NCBI GenBank assembly: GCA_963719495.1
Contig: CAVRCI010000014.1
Coordinates: 96,001 to 160,000, forward strand
Length of the DNA stretch: 64,000 nt
Direction of reading: 5' to 3'
Source of the DNA: an uncultured Verrucomicrobiae bacterium
Lineage (GTDB): Bacteria; Verrucomicrobiota; Verrucomicrobiia; Chthoniobacterales; JAATET01
The translations under genes were made by a program, and so were the position numbers. Under the pieces are notes generated by a model. It was not told the DNA's origin and ran no database searches. It saw only the letters and a list, made by a program, of their open reading frames with translations. Positions 9,680 to 19,641 of the stretch are shown piece after piece (within the stretch, counting starts at the first letter, position 1; each line of letters starts with the position of its first letter).

Positions 9680-10827
9680 GTGAGTTGGCGGATCGGGTGG
9701 GCGCGGCGTTCGAGGAGAACTTCGAACGGCACGGGGAGGTGGGGGCGGCGGTGGCCGTGTGGGACGCGGACGGGGTGGTCGCGGAGACTTGCGGGGGGTT
9801 TCGGGATCTGGCGCTGACGCAAGCTTGGAAGGACGATACGCTGGTGCTGATCTGGTCGGCGACGAAGGGGCTGGCGGCCTCGTGCGTGCTGCACGCGATG
9901 GCGGAGCGGGGGATTCCGATCGAGGCGCGGGTCGCGGAATTTTGGCCGGAATTCGGGCAGTGCGGGAAGGAGGCGATCACGGTGGGGCAGGTGCTTTCGC
10001 ACCGGGCGGGGTTGAGCGCGTTGGACGCGAGGGATCTCTCGGTGCTGAACCACGATGGGGTGGCGCGGGCGGTGGAGCGTCAGGTTCCTTTGTGGGACGA
10101 TGGGGCGCACGGGTATGGGCCGCGGACGTTTGGGTTCGTGGTCGACGAGATGGTTCGGCGGCTGGCTGGCGGGAAAACTTTGGGGGAATATTGGCGGGAG
10201 GTTTTTGCGGAGCCGCTGGGGTTGGATGCGTGGATCGGGTTGCCGGAGGAGCATCATGGCCGGGTGGCGCAGATGATCGCGGCGCGGGGGACGGGGTGCC
10301 TGGATGGGCAGGATGATTTCCTGGAGGCGATGGGAGATCCTTCGTCGTTGTCGCGCAAATCCTTCGGGACGCCGGGGGGCGTGTTGGGGGCGACTTCGAT
10401 GAACAGTCCGGCGATCCGGGGGGCCTCGTTGCCGTCGATGGGCGGGATTGCGACGGCGGGGGCGTTGGCGAAATTCTACGCGATGCTGGCGAACGGCGGG
10501 GTCTGGGGCGGGGCGCGGTTTTTTGGCGAGGAGAGTTTGCGTCACATGACGACGACGCTTTCGCAGGGGCGGGACAAGGTGCTCTTACTGGAGACGGCGT
10601 TTTCGGCTGGGTTCATGCGCGACCCGGTGGGGAACGATGGGGGGAAATTGCGGAAGACGTTCGGGCCTTCGGCGCGGGCGTTCGGGCATCCGGGGGCGGG
10701 GGGGAGTCTGGCTTTCGCGGATCCGGAGCGGGGGATTGGGTTTGCTTACGTGATGAATCAGATGGGCATGGGGGTGCTGCCGCAGGATCGGGCGGCTTCG
10801 CTGGTAAAAGCGGTTTATGCGAATTAG
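9676..10827 (+). CDS. Serine hydrolase, beta-lactamase/EstB family
   Basis: SxxK (WSATK), LSHRAGL, FGHPGAGG. Confidence 0.9.
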   Translation: MSELADRVGAAFEENFERHGEVGAAVAVWDADGVVAETCGGFRDLALTQAWKDDTLVLIWSATKGLAASCVLHAMAERGIPIEARVAEFWPEFGQCGKEAITVGQVLSHRAGLSALDARDLSVLNHDGVARAVERQVPLWDDGAHGYGPRTFGFVVDEMVRRLAGGKTLGEYWREVFAEPLGLDAWIGLPEEHHGRVAQMIAARGTGCLDGQDDFLEAMGDPSSLSRKSFGTPGGVLGATSMNSPAIRGASLPSMGGIATAGALAKFYAMLANGGVWGGARFFGEESLRHMTTTLSQGRDKVLLLETAFSAGFMRDPVGNDGGKLRKTFGPSARAFGHPGAGGSLAFADPERGIGFAYVMNQMGMGVLPQDRAASLVKAVYAN

Positions 10828-10890
10828 AAATTGGAAATGCGGAATTAGAAATTGGCTTGGTGGGGCGATTTCACTAGTGCGGGGACTGTG

Positions 10891-11667
10891 ATGGATGCGG
10901 CTGAATTACTAGAGCGGGTCGAGGGGGTTCGGCTGGGCGGGGACGTGGCGTTCGATTTTACGGATCGGCTGGCTTCGGAGAATGGGTGGTCGCGGTCGTT
11001 CGCGGAGGAGGTGGTCGCGGAGTATCGGAAGTTCGTGGTGATGGGCGCGGTTTCGCCGGTGCCAGTGACGCCGTCGGACGCGGTGGATCAGGCGTGGCAC
11101 CTGCACCTGGTTTACACGCGGTCGTATTGGGAGGACTTGTGCCGCGACGTGCTCGGTAAGCCTTTGCACCATGGGCCGACGGAGGGCGGCGGGGCGGAAC
11201 GGGCGAAGTTTTTCGATTGGTATTCGCGGACGCTCGCGTTTTACGAGGAGACGTTCGGGACGCGGCCGCCGGTGGCGGTTTGGCCGGAGCCGGAGGCCCG
11301 GTTTAGCGGGCGGTTCCGGCGGGTCGACGTGGGGCGGAGTTGGGTGGTGCCGAAGCCGGGTTGGACGGTCGCTGGCGCGGTGGGGTTGGCCGTGGGGTTG
11401 GTGACGGTGGTCGGGTGTGAGGCTGGTGGGAAGGGGGATGATTCGAAATTCGTCGTGCTGGGAGTGGTGCTGGTGCTGTTTTTCCTAATTGGGACCGCGA
11501 TGTCCCGCGTGGTGAATCGAGGCAGGGGGTCCGGTAAGCGGCGACGGAACGGGGGTGACGCCGGATCGTCGTGGTGGGGTGGAACCGGCTGCGGGGGTGG
11601 CGGGAACGACCATCATGGAGATGGTGGTGGGTGCGGGGGTGGAGGTGGTGGGTGCGGTGGGGATTGA
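10891..11667 (+). CDS. Glycine-rich-domain membrane protein (GRDP/TIGR04222-like)
   Basis: EYRKF, PSDAVDQAWHLH, LHHGP; two TMs; C-terminal GCGGGGGGCGG tail. Confidence 0.8.
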   Translation: MDAAELLERVEGVRLGGDVAFDFTDRLASENGWSRSFAEEVVAEYRKFVVMGAVSPVPVTPSDAVDQAWHLHLVYTRSYWEDLCRDVLGKPLHHGPTEGGGAERAKFFDWYSRTLAFYEETFGTRPPVAVWPEPEARFSGRFRRVDVGRSWVVPKPGWTVAGAVGLAVGLVTVVGCEAGGKGDDSKFVVLGVVLVLFFLIGTAMSRVVNRGRGSGKRRRNGGDAGSSWWGGTGCGGGGNDHHGDGGGCGGGGGGCGGD

Positions 11668-11708
11668 GGCCGCGGAATGAGCCTGACCTTATCTCGAGCG
11701 ATACACGT

Positions 11709-11764
11709 GACGGCGGGCGACCGGCAGGGATGCCGGTCGTGACAGGCAGGATGCCTGTTTTCCC
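11709..11764. repeat. REP type B (…GACAGGCAGGATGCCTGTTTTCCC)
   Basis: Double hairpin; related copies at ~12567-12611, 15653-15700, 17172-17219. Confidence 0.8.
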
Positions 11765-11772
11765 TTAGCGAC

Positions 11773-12462
11773 CTACACCAATTGGTGGGATTCAGGTTGG
11801 AGGACGTATTCCGATAGGACGAGGTGCGGGGGGGCGTCGATGGCGGATAGGAGCGCGTCGGCGGCGACTTCGGGGGTGATGACTTTTGACGGGTCGAGCT
11901 TGAGGGCGAGGTCGTCCCAGAAGGGGGTGGCGACTCCGCCGAAGAAGAAGAGGCTGAAGTGGATGTTGGCGCGGCGGTATTCTTCGGCGAAGCTTTTGAT
12001 CAGGCCGGTGACGGCATACTTGCTGGAGATGTAGGCGGAGGCGTTTTTCATGACGGCTTTGCCGAGGATGCCGGGGGGGACGATGATGAGGCCGGATTTC
12101 TGCTCGGCCATGATCTTGCAGGCGGCTTGGGCGACGAGGAAGGTGGTGCGGAGGTTGACGTTGACGATGCGGGCGAACTCGGCGTCGGTGGTGTCGGCGA
12201 TGGGCTTGATGAGGCCGGCTCCGCAGAGGTGGACGACGCAGTCGAGACCTTCCATGGCGGCGGCGGCATCTTCGACGACTTTGGCGGCGGCTCCGGGGGT
12301 CATGAGGTCGGCGGGGAGTTTGGCGGCGGAGTCCGGGAGCTCGGCGAGGCCGGATTCGGAGCGACCGGTGAGGGCGAGGGTGACGTCCTCGCGGTCGGTG
12401 AGTTTGGTGACGAGGGCGCGGCCGATGCCGCCGGTGGCTCCGGTGATGAGAATCTTTTTCAT
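11773..12462 (-). CDS. Short-chain dehydrogenase/reductase
   Basis: ITGATGGIG, YxxxK (YISSK). Confidence 0.92.
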   Translation of the reverse strand: MKKILITGATGGIGRALVTKLTDREDVTLALTGRSESGLAELPDSAAKLPADLMTPGAAAKVVEDAAAAMEGLDCVVHLCGAGLIKPIADTTDAEFARIVNVNLRTTFLVAQAACKIMAEQKSGLIIVPPGILGKAVMKNASAYISSKYAVTGLIKSFAEEYRRANIHFSLFFFGGVATPFWDDLALKLDPSKVITPEVAADALLSAIDAPPHLVLSEYVLQPESHQLV

Positions 12463-12647
12463 GTGGTGGTGGTTACGTTTTTGGGGCGGGGGGTGGATTG
12501 TTCTTTGGAGCGTGGGGTGATGAGGAGTGCCCGCTGCGCGGGGTTGGTTACGTGGCGTTGGGTCCGGCAGCCGCCGGACCCGACGCGACCGGCAGAATGC
12601 CTGTTTTCCCCGGGTGGTGGGGGTCGTTTGGTGTTAGGTCTCTTCTT

Positions 12648-15605
12648 ATGAAGATCCTGATTCCCCTCGTTTACCTGGTTTGGACATTTGGTTTCGCGGG
12701 TTTTGCCGTCGCCGATTACGTGGGGGCGGAGGAGGTTCTCGAGCGGGCGGCGGCGCTGGCGGACGCGGAGGACGAGGGTGGGAAGCCGACTTCGCTGGGT
12801 GAGATTCGGGCTGAGATCGCGGCTTTGCGGGAGGTCGAGGGGGCACCGACCGATCTGGCGAAGCGGTGGATCGCGCTGAACGATGGGGCGTTGACGCTGC
12901 TGCAGTCGGGGGTGGGGAACAGTTACGAATTGCAATTCAGCGAGATCCTCGGGGCGCTGCCCGGACCGGCGGCTTGGCCGGAACTTCGTGACCTGGCGGG
13001 ACCATCCGACGAGATGAAGTTTCCGGCGAGGTTGGAGCGATTGCACCTCACGTGGCTGGCGGATCGATTACTGGGTGACTCGGCGGCGGTGGTGGCGGAC
13101 TACCGGGCTATTCTGGCGGAAGTCGAGCAATTCGGATCAAGCACGCCGATGTTCAGTCGTTATTTCGGTGACCTGGCGGAGGCGACGATGAAGGTCGCGG
13201 GGGATCCGCGGGTGGTGGCGGAGATTCTCAACGCACGGCTGGACCTCGAGATCAGGGACGCCGAGAAGGCTCCGTCGAGCTACGGATCGCGCAGCTACCG
13301 ATTGCCGCGGGATCTGGGGTTGCTGGGGGAGGCGGGGCAGCGGGCTTTTTTGGTGAAGGCTTTGACGACGTTTTCGGGGGAGTTGCAATTCGTGGGTGAC
13401 CTGACTCTTGCGCGGGAGGTGGCGCTGGAGCGGGTGGATGAATTGGCCTCGCCGCCGTGGGCGTTGGCGGTGTCGCTGCGGAGCGGTGAACTCTTCGACC
13501 AACTGATGGAGCGTTTTCCGGATTCGAGGGACGGGCGGGGTTTTTCCGAGGCTCTTGCTTACGCGATTGGGCGGGCTTTGGTGGCGGATAACGTCGAGCG
13601 GGCCTTGGAGCTGGCTAAAAATTTCGACCTCGCGGATGCGAGTTACGACCTGTGGTCGGACGTCGCGAATGCGGGTGGGGCCGGGGTGGCGTGCGAGTTT
13701 TGGAATCAGATTTTGGCGGCGGATCCGGGGGTCGATGGGTGGGATTCGTATCTGGAGGTGGCGCTGCGGGCGAACCGGACGGATGAGTTGATGACGCTGC
13801 TGGGTGCGACTCTGGCGAAGGAGGATTTGGCGGCGGACGTGCGGGCGAAGTTGGTGAAAACAGAGTTGGGGGTGACGTTGGGCGCGGACCGGGTGGAGGA
13901 TGGTGTCGAGCTGATCCGGGGGCGGCTGGCGGCGGATGGCGCGGGTCTGGAGGCGGCCAATCTCAGGGTGAAGCTGGCAACGATTGGGCGGTTGGAGGAT
14001 CGGGCGGATTGGTTCGAGGAAGGGATCGCGGCGGCGCGGGCGGCGGTCGCGGGGTTTGTCGGCGGGCCGGGGCAGTCGGAGTCGGCGGCGAGCGTGACGG
14101 CGGACATTTCGAGATTGCTGCTGGCGGCGGGTCGGGGTGAGGAGGCGGAGGCGCTGTGGATCGACGTGCTGGGTGCGACGATGGCGGGCGAGACGCAGGG
14201 GATGCTTTCCCGGTATTCGGCGCGGGGATCGGCGGAGGCGTTGGTCAATCTGGTGGGAATCTACTCCGCGGCGGGGCGTTTTGCGGACGTGATGACGCTG
14301 GTGAATTCGGCCGAGGGGTGGAACGCGCGGGACCTCGTGGAGATCGCGGATTTCGACGTTCCGACGGGCGCGCGGACTTCCGAGCCGCTGGCGGTGAGCG
14401 TGGCGCGGGCGTTGGCGGAGACGGGCCGCGAGGAGGATGCGGTGCGGGCGCTGGAGGCGCTTTTGCCGGAGTTGTCGGGGGAGGATTCGGCTTACGCGTT
14501 GTATGTGAGGTTGCGGGGGGCGGAGGCGGTGCCTTTATTGGACCGGATCGCCTCGGTGCAGGCTTACGAGGAGCGGCCTTTGATCTGGAAGGCACGAATT
14601 TTTTTGGACGAAGGGAAATTGGACGAGGCGAAGGCGGTGGCGGAAGCGGCGATTCGGATCGACCCGTCGGATGGTGAACAGGGATCGGGGGATCGGATGC
14701 GGGTGTATTCGGTGCTGGCGGACGTGGTGGCGGCGCGGGGGGACGCGGAGCGGGCGGAGTTTTTTCGCGATGTCGTGCGGAGTATTCGGTTGTCGGAGCG
14801 GGGGGATGCGTTCTGGGCGGCGGGTTTGCTGGCGACGGCGATTGGGATTTACGAGGAGTCGCTGGGCTACTTTTCCGACGCGTATTGCGTGCAGTCGCGG
14901 CTGGCGCTGCGGCTGACCGAGCAGGGCAAGTGGGAGGAGGCGGAGGAGCATTACCGGCGGGCGTATGAGCTGATGCCGGAGAGCTTCGGGCGGGTGGAGA
15001 GTCATTGCTTCGGGTGCGAGCGGGCGTTTGCGGGCGAGCGGCAGCAGACGATTGCGGAGCGGGTATTCCGCAAGCTGGCGGTCGAGCAGCCTGAGAATCC
15101 GCGGGTGCATTACCTGCTGGGATATTTGCTGCAGGAGCGGGGACTGGACGCGGAGGCGGTGAAGGAATTTCGCCGGGCCGTGGAGTTGGATCCGGAGTAT
15201 CTGAACGCGTGGAAGAAGCTCGCGGGCTCGCCGCTGTCGGCGCTCACGCCAGAGGATCGGAACGTGGTCGCGGCGAAATTGATCGAGCTGGATCCGGCGG
15301 GGACGCGTCGGCGGTTGGATCTGAGTGGGGTGACGGATCTGGCGACGGTGTGGGGATTGCTGGAGGAGGCGGAGAAGCTGGTGCCGGTGGTGCCGGAGGA
15401 ATTGCTGCCGCTGCGGGCTTCGGCCGATTCGGTGGACCGGCGGGCGGCGGAGTCGGAGGAAGTGGCGAGAGAGCTGGCGCGGCTCGAGGAGCGAGAAGAG
15501 CGGGATTTGAGTCCGGCGGGAGTTTTCGCGGATCAATCGTTTCTGGAAGCGGCCGGGGTTTGGATGCAGATGGCGGGGATGGCGAATCGTGGGGTGGTGT
15601 TCTGA
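12648..15605 (+). CDS. Large secreted TPR-repeat protein
   Basis: Signal peptide MKILIPLVYLVWTFGFAGFAVA; C-terminal TPRs (HYLLGYLL, AVELDPEYLNAW); HCFGCE motif. Confidence 0.82.
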   Translation: MKILIPLVYLVWTFGFAGFAVADYVGAEEVLERAAALADAEDEGGKPTSLGEIRAEIAALREVEGAPTDLAKRWIALNDGALTLLQSGVGNSYELQFSEILGALPGPAAWPELRDLAGPSDEMKFPARLERLHLTWLADRLLGDSAAVVADYRAILAEVEQFGSSTPMFSRYFGDLAEATMKVAGDPRVVAEILNARLDLEIRDAEKAPSSYGSRSYRLPRDLGLLGEAGQRAFLVKALTTFSGELQFVGDLTLAREVALERVDELASPPWALAVSLRSGELFDQLMERFPDSRDGRGFSEALAYAIGRALVADNVERALELAKNFDLADASYDLWSDVANAGGAGVACEFWNQILAADPGVDGWDSYLEVALRANRTDELMTLLGATLAKEDLAADVRAKLVKTELGVTLGADRVEDGVELIRGRLAADGAGLEAANLRVKLATIGRLEDRADWFEEGIAAARAAVAGFVGGPGQSESAASVTADISRLLLAAGRGEEAEALWIDVLGATMAGETQGMLSRYSARGSAEALVNLVGIYSAAGRFADVMTLVNSAEGWNARDLVEIADFDVPTGARTSEPLAVSVARALAETGREEDAVRALEALLPELSGEDSAYALYVRLRGAEAVPLLDRIASVQAYEERPLIWKARIFLDEGKLDEAKAVAEAAIRIDPSDGEQGSGDRMRVYSVLADVVAARGDAERAEFFRDVVRSIRLSERGDAFWAAGLLATAIGIYEESLGYFSDAYCVQSRLALRLTEQGKWEEAEEHYRRAYELMPESFGRVESHCFGCERAFAGERQQTIAERVFRKLAVEQPENPRVHYLLGYLLQERGLDAEAVKEFRRAVELDPEYLNAWKKLAGSPLSALTPEDRNVVAAKLIELDPAGTRRRLDLSGVTDLATVWGLLEEAEKLVPVVPEELLPLRASADSVDRRAAESEEVARELARLEEREERDLSPAGVFADQSFLEAAGVWMQMAGMANRGVVF

Positions 15606-15711
15606 TGCGGGCGGGGCGGTGGGGAGTGTCCGCTTCGCGGATTGGATGCGAGGAGCCGGGCAGGATGCCCGGCTCGACAGGCAGGATGCCTGTTTTCCCC
15701 GGGGAGGAGCG

Positions 15712-17139
15712 ATGAGGGCATTTCGGTTTTGGCTGGCGGTGGGGGCGGCGGTTTTAGTGCTCGGGGGATTGGGGTATGCGTTCGTGGATTGGTGGGGGGC
15801 GCGCGAGTGGGACCGGGTGGCGGCGAAGATGAAGGGATTGGGTGAGCCGCTGACTGTCGGAGAGATCGAGGCGGCGGCGGTCCCTGATGACGAGAATTTC
15901 GCGGCGGCACCGATCTTTGCGGAGATTTTCTCGAAGCCGGAGCAGGATTGGCGAATCTCCAAGATCGCCCGTTTCTCAGGGTCGGGGGTGGGAAAGGCAG
16001 GCGACTCGCCAATGGTGCGGGCGGCGCGGAGGGTCGACTCCGTTTTTCGAGGGACCGATGAGGAGGCGGCAAGGCTGGTCTTGGCCACAATTGATCGGGA
16101 ACGTGAAGTGTGGCGAGAGGTGCGTGAAGCCTCGCTTAGGCCGGGATTGCGCTGGCCGAACGACTACTCCGAAGGACCTGCGATGCAGTTTCCGCAGCTC
16201 GGTCCGATGCTTTCGCTAGGTCAGTCGCTGAGTGCTCGAATTAGGGCAAACTTGATTCTCAAACGATCTTCCACGGCGTTGGACGACTTACTTCTCTTGA
16301 TCGATCTAGCAGAGCGAAACCGGGAACCGCGGATCATCATCACGCATTTGGTGCAGCTTTCGATGCTCAAGATGGCACTCGATCTCGTTCGATTTGGAAT
16401 CGCCGATCGGGTCTGGTCGGCGGAGCAGTTGGGCAAAATTGCGGCGACCCTCCGGAAAATCGATCTACGACCGGACTTGCAGATGGCGTTACGGGGAGAT
16501 CGGGTGACGTTCATCGTCTTGGCAGACCGCATGGAAGGCCACGCTGCACCGGGTTCGTCGAAAAAGCTTTTCGGACGCTTGGTGACCGAAAATCACACGC
16601 TGCCAAGTCTGCTATCAAACCTCGTTCCAACGGGATTTTTTCTAAACGACAGCGCTCGCTACGTTGAGATGTATCAGGGCGTGATCGACTCTCTGGCTGC
16701 TCCTTCAAGTGTTCCGGACATCGTTGACTCCAACAAAGCAAAGTATGGTGGGGCGTCTGGGTTGGCGGCATTGGGGAAACCCATGACTGCTTCTGCGACG
16801 GAACTTCTGGAAAGGATCGCTCGGCGAATGCTTCACGTGCAAGCGACAATCGAAATGGCGGCGATTGCCTGTGACATCGAACGATTCCGAATTGGGTATG
16901 GGCGGCTGCCGCAGGGTTTGAATGAATTGGTGCCGGAATTTTTCGCAGTAGTGCCGGTGGATTCTTTGGTGGAGGAAGTCTTCCGTTTCCGGGTCGTCGA
17001 TGGCGTCGATGGAGTCGACGGCGAGGGCTATCTGCTCTACAGCGTGGGGTGGAATCAGGTGGACGATGGGGGGAGTTCGGTGCGGCCGAAGGAGCGGGCG
17101 TTCGACGAGGCGGAGGATTGGGTGTGGGGGGTGGAGTGA
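15712..17139 (+). CDS. Membrane-anchored hypothetical protein, paralog 1 (GspG-like C-terminal motif)
   Basis: N-terminal TM, LGEPLT, NFAAAP, GRLP..L.ELVP, LLYSVGWNQVDDGG, DWVWG. Confidence 0.8.
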   Translation: MRAFRFWLAVGAAVLVLGGLGYAFVDWWGAREWDRVAAKMKGLGEPLTVGEIEAAAVPDDENFAAAPIFAEIFSKPEQDWRISKIARFSGSGVGKAGDSPMVRAARRVDSVFRGTDEEAARLVLATIDREREVWREVREASLRPGLRWPNDYSEGPAMQFPQLGPMLSLGQSLSARIRANLILKRSSTALDDLLLLIDLAERNREPRIIITHLVQLSMLKMALDLVRFGIADRVWSAEQLGKIAATLRKIDLRPDLQMALRGDRVTFIVLADRMEGHAAPGSSKKLFGRLVTENHTLPSLLSNLVPTGFFLNDSARYVEMYQGVIDSLAAPSSVPDIVDSNKAKYGGASGLAALGKPMTASATELLERIARRMLHVQATIEMAAIACDIERFRIGYGRLPQGLNELVPEFFAVVPVDSLVEEVFRFRVVDGVDGVDGEGYLLYSVGWNQVDDGGSSVRPKERAFDEAEDWVWGVE

Positions 17140-17227
17140 GGGGTTTGTCCGCTTCGCGGGTTGGTGACGAGGCACCGGGCAAGGATGCCCGGCGCGACAG
17201 GCAGGAGGCCTGTTTTACCTTGGATTC

Positions 17228-18655
17228 ATGAGAAAGGTTTTTGCGGTTGGGGTCGTTTTATTGGGGCTGGGACTCGTCTCGATCGCGGGGGCTTACCTGT
17301 ACCTGGACTTCGTCGGGAAGCGGTCCTGGCGGGAATTGGAAAGTCGGTTGCGGGACCTGGGGGAACCGCTGACGGTGGCTGACATCGATCCCGGTCCGAT
17401 ATCGGACGACGAGAATCTGGCGGCGGCTCCGATTTTCGCTGAAGCGTTCGAGAAACCGTTGGGGGAGTCGCGGCTGGCGAAGATTGAAAATTTTCGCGGA
17501 GTTCGGACCGGCGGAGTTTCCGCGGTGGCCAAGCTGGCTTTGGAGATCGATCCCGCGTTCGAGGGGACGGCTCGTGAAGCGGCGGATATCGTGCTCGAGA
17601 CCGCGGCAAGTGAGGGACCGATTTGGGGGGAAGTTCGCGAAGCGGCGCGACGGCCGAGGGTTCGGTGGCCGGTTGATTTCGCGAAGGGGACCGCGATGGA
17701 CGTGCCACAGCTGGTTCCGATGCTCAAGCTGGGCCAATCGCTGAATGCGCAAGCGCGAAGTCATCTGGCGCGTGGCGAGGCGGGCCTCGCTTGGGCAGAT
17801 CTCGATTTGCTGCTGAATTTGGCGGATCGAAACCTTCATCCGCCGATTTTGATCAGCCACTTGGTTCGGATTTCGATGGTTTCGCTGGCGGTCGACGCGG
17901 TGGCGGACGGGATCGAGTTGGCGGCGTGGTCGGACGGGGAATTGGCCGCTATTACCGAGCGATTGGGGGCGTTCGATCTTGTCGGTGACCTCGTTGAAAC
18001 TCTGCGGGGCGAGCGGGTGCTTTCCCTCGTCGCAACGGACCGTCCACGAGCGGACAAACTGAGGGAGGCTGCCGCGATCCTTTTCGACGATCCGGAAATG
18101 CTACGGGCGGCGGCGGTTTTGGATTGGAATTGGGCGCGTCCGGAAGGGTTCGACTTCGAGGAGCGGGCAAGTTGGGCTGCGTTTCTTCAGGAAATGATCG
18201 AAGGGGTCGCGACCCCGTCTGACTGGCCCGAGCGGGCATCGGATTTGGAGTCGAAAATTGGCATCCGGATGGCGGATCCGATTCAGTTCTTCAGGACTCC
18301 GATCAGTCTCATCGGATCTCGGACGGGATTACCGATCGCGAAGCGGACGATGTTTTCTCAGAATCAGATCGGACTGGCGATTGTGGCTTGTGAAATCGAG
18401 CGGTATCGGCTGCGGGAGGGGCGGTTGCCGATGGAGTTGGGTGGGTTAGTGCCACGGTTTATTGCGAAGATGCCGATGGATCTGATGTCGGGAGAGGTTT
18501 TTCGGTATCGGGCCGTGGATGGCGGCGAGGGTTATCTGCTTTATGGGATCGGTTGGAATCAGCGTGACGACGGCGGGAGTGCGATGAGGCCCGCTGGGGT
18601 GGCGGCGGGCGACGGGGAAGATTGGGTGTGGGGGGTGACGGTAGAGCTTCGTTGA
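17228..18655 (+). CDS. Membrane-anchored hypothetical protein, paralog 2
   Basis: Same conserved N- and C-terminal motifs as 15712-17139. Confidence 0.8.
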   Translation: MRKVFAVGVVLLGLGLVSIAGAYLYLDFVGKRSWRELESRLRDLGEPLTVADIDPGPISDDENLAAAPIFAEAFEKPLGESRLAKIENFRGVRTGGVSAVAKLALEIDPAFEGTAREAADIVLETAASEGPIWGEVREAARRPRVRWPVDFAKGTAMDVPQLVPMLKLGQSLNAQARSHLARGEAGLAWADLDLLLNLADRNLHPPILISHLVRISMVSLAVDAVADGIELAAWSDGELAAITERLGAFDLVGDLVETLRGERVLSLVATDRPRADKLREAAAILFDDPEMLRAAAVLDWNWARPEGFDFEERASWAAFLQEMIEGVATPSDWPERASDLESKIGIRMADPIQFFRTPISLIGSRTGLPIAKRTMFSQNQIGLAIVACEIERYRLREGRLPMELGGLVPRFIAKMPMDLMSGEVFRYRAVDGGEGYLLYGIGWNQRDDGGSAMRPAGVAAGDGEDWVWGVTVELR

Positions 18656-18695
18656 CGCGGATGGGGGAAGTGCCCGCTTCGCGGGTTGGGTTGGT

Positions 18696-18744
18696 GGTTT
18701 CGGCGGGACGCCGAAACCTGCACGCAGGGACGCGTGCGTTCCCC
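18696..18744. repeat. REP type A
   Basis: GGTTTCGGCGGGACGCCGAAACC-TGCACGCAGGGACGCGTGCGTTCCCC. Confidence 0.85.
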
Positions 18745-18806
18745 CGTTTGATAGACAAATGTTGGTCATTTTTCGTCTGGGTTGTTGAGTCCGATTCTTC
18801 TTCCCC

Positions 18807-19303
18807 GTGAATTCCCGCCAGCTTGAACGCCTTTACGATGACCACGCTTCGCGGGTCTTTGCATTTTTGGTGAACTTGACGCGGTCGGAGGCCGACGCGG
18901 CGGATCTCGTGCAGGAGGTTTTTGCGAAGGTGGCTCGGCGTCCGTTTTTTTGGTGCGGGAGCCTCGGCGGTATCTGCTGCGGGCGGCGCACAATGCGTTC
19001 GTGGATCTGGTGCGGCGCGAGAGTCGGCGGCGGGGGGCGGTGGAGGAGTTTCGGCTGGCGGGGGATTCGTTTTGGATTTGTGCGGATGAATCGGAGGATG
19101 TCGAGCGGTTGATGGAGGAGTTGGCGGGATTGCCGGAGGAGCAGCGGGCGGTGGCCCATCTCAAGATTTGGGAGGAGCTGACGTTTCGCGAGATTGCGGG
19201 GACGCTGGGGATTCCGGCGAACACGGCGGCGAGCCGGTATCGCTACGCGATAGACAAATTGCGGGGGGCGGCGCGTCTCCATTCTGAAAATGAATCCGCC
19301 TGA
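18807..19303 (+). pseudogene. ECF sigma-70 factor split by a frameshift at a T7 tract (18945-18951)
   Basis: Region 2 (LYDDH…DAADLVQEVF) in one frame; YLLRAAHNAFVD and region 4 (LPEEQR…TFREIA..LGIPANTAASRYRYA) in another. Confidence 0.85.
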
Positions 19304-19637
19304 TCCCGAGCCCGAAAAAATTATGCGCTCGGTGCGGCTGCGCGAGGCGCCGGGTAGGCTGAAGCGGCGGGTGCTGGCTGGGCGTTCGCGGGGCGGGACG
19401 GTGTTGCGGCGGGTCGAGCGGTCGGTTTGGGGGGCGGTCGGCGTGGCTTGGTTGGTGATTGTGGCTCTGAAATGGACCACGCCGGAGATGCCGCGGGTGG
19501 AGGGCGGGAGAGTCGACGTCGCGGCGACGATCCGGGGTTGGGAGGCGACGCGGCGGTTTGCGCTGACGGGGGAACTGGCACCCGAGCCACGGCGGATCGA
19601 GTTGGAAAGCTTCATTATCGTGAAACCAAAATCGTAG
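19290..19637 (+). CDS. Putative anti-sigma factor (single TM)
   Basis: Overlaps the sigma 3' end; LREAPGRLKRRVL motif followed by TM. Confidence 0.6.
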   Translation: MNPPDPEPEKIMRSVRLREAPGRLKRRVLAGRSRGGTVLRRVERSVWGAVGVAWLVIVALKWTTPEMPRVEGGRVDVAATIRGWEATRRFALTGELAPEPRRIELESFIIVKPKS

Positions 19638-19641
19638 AATT

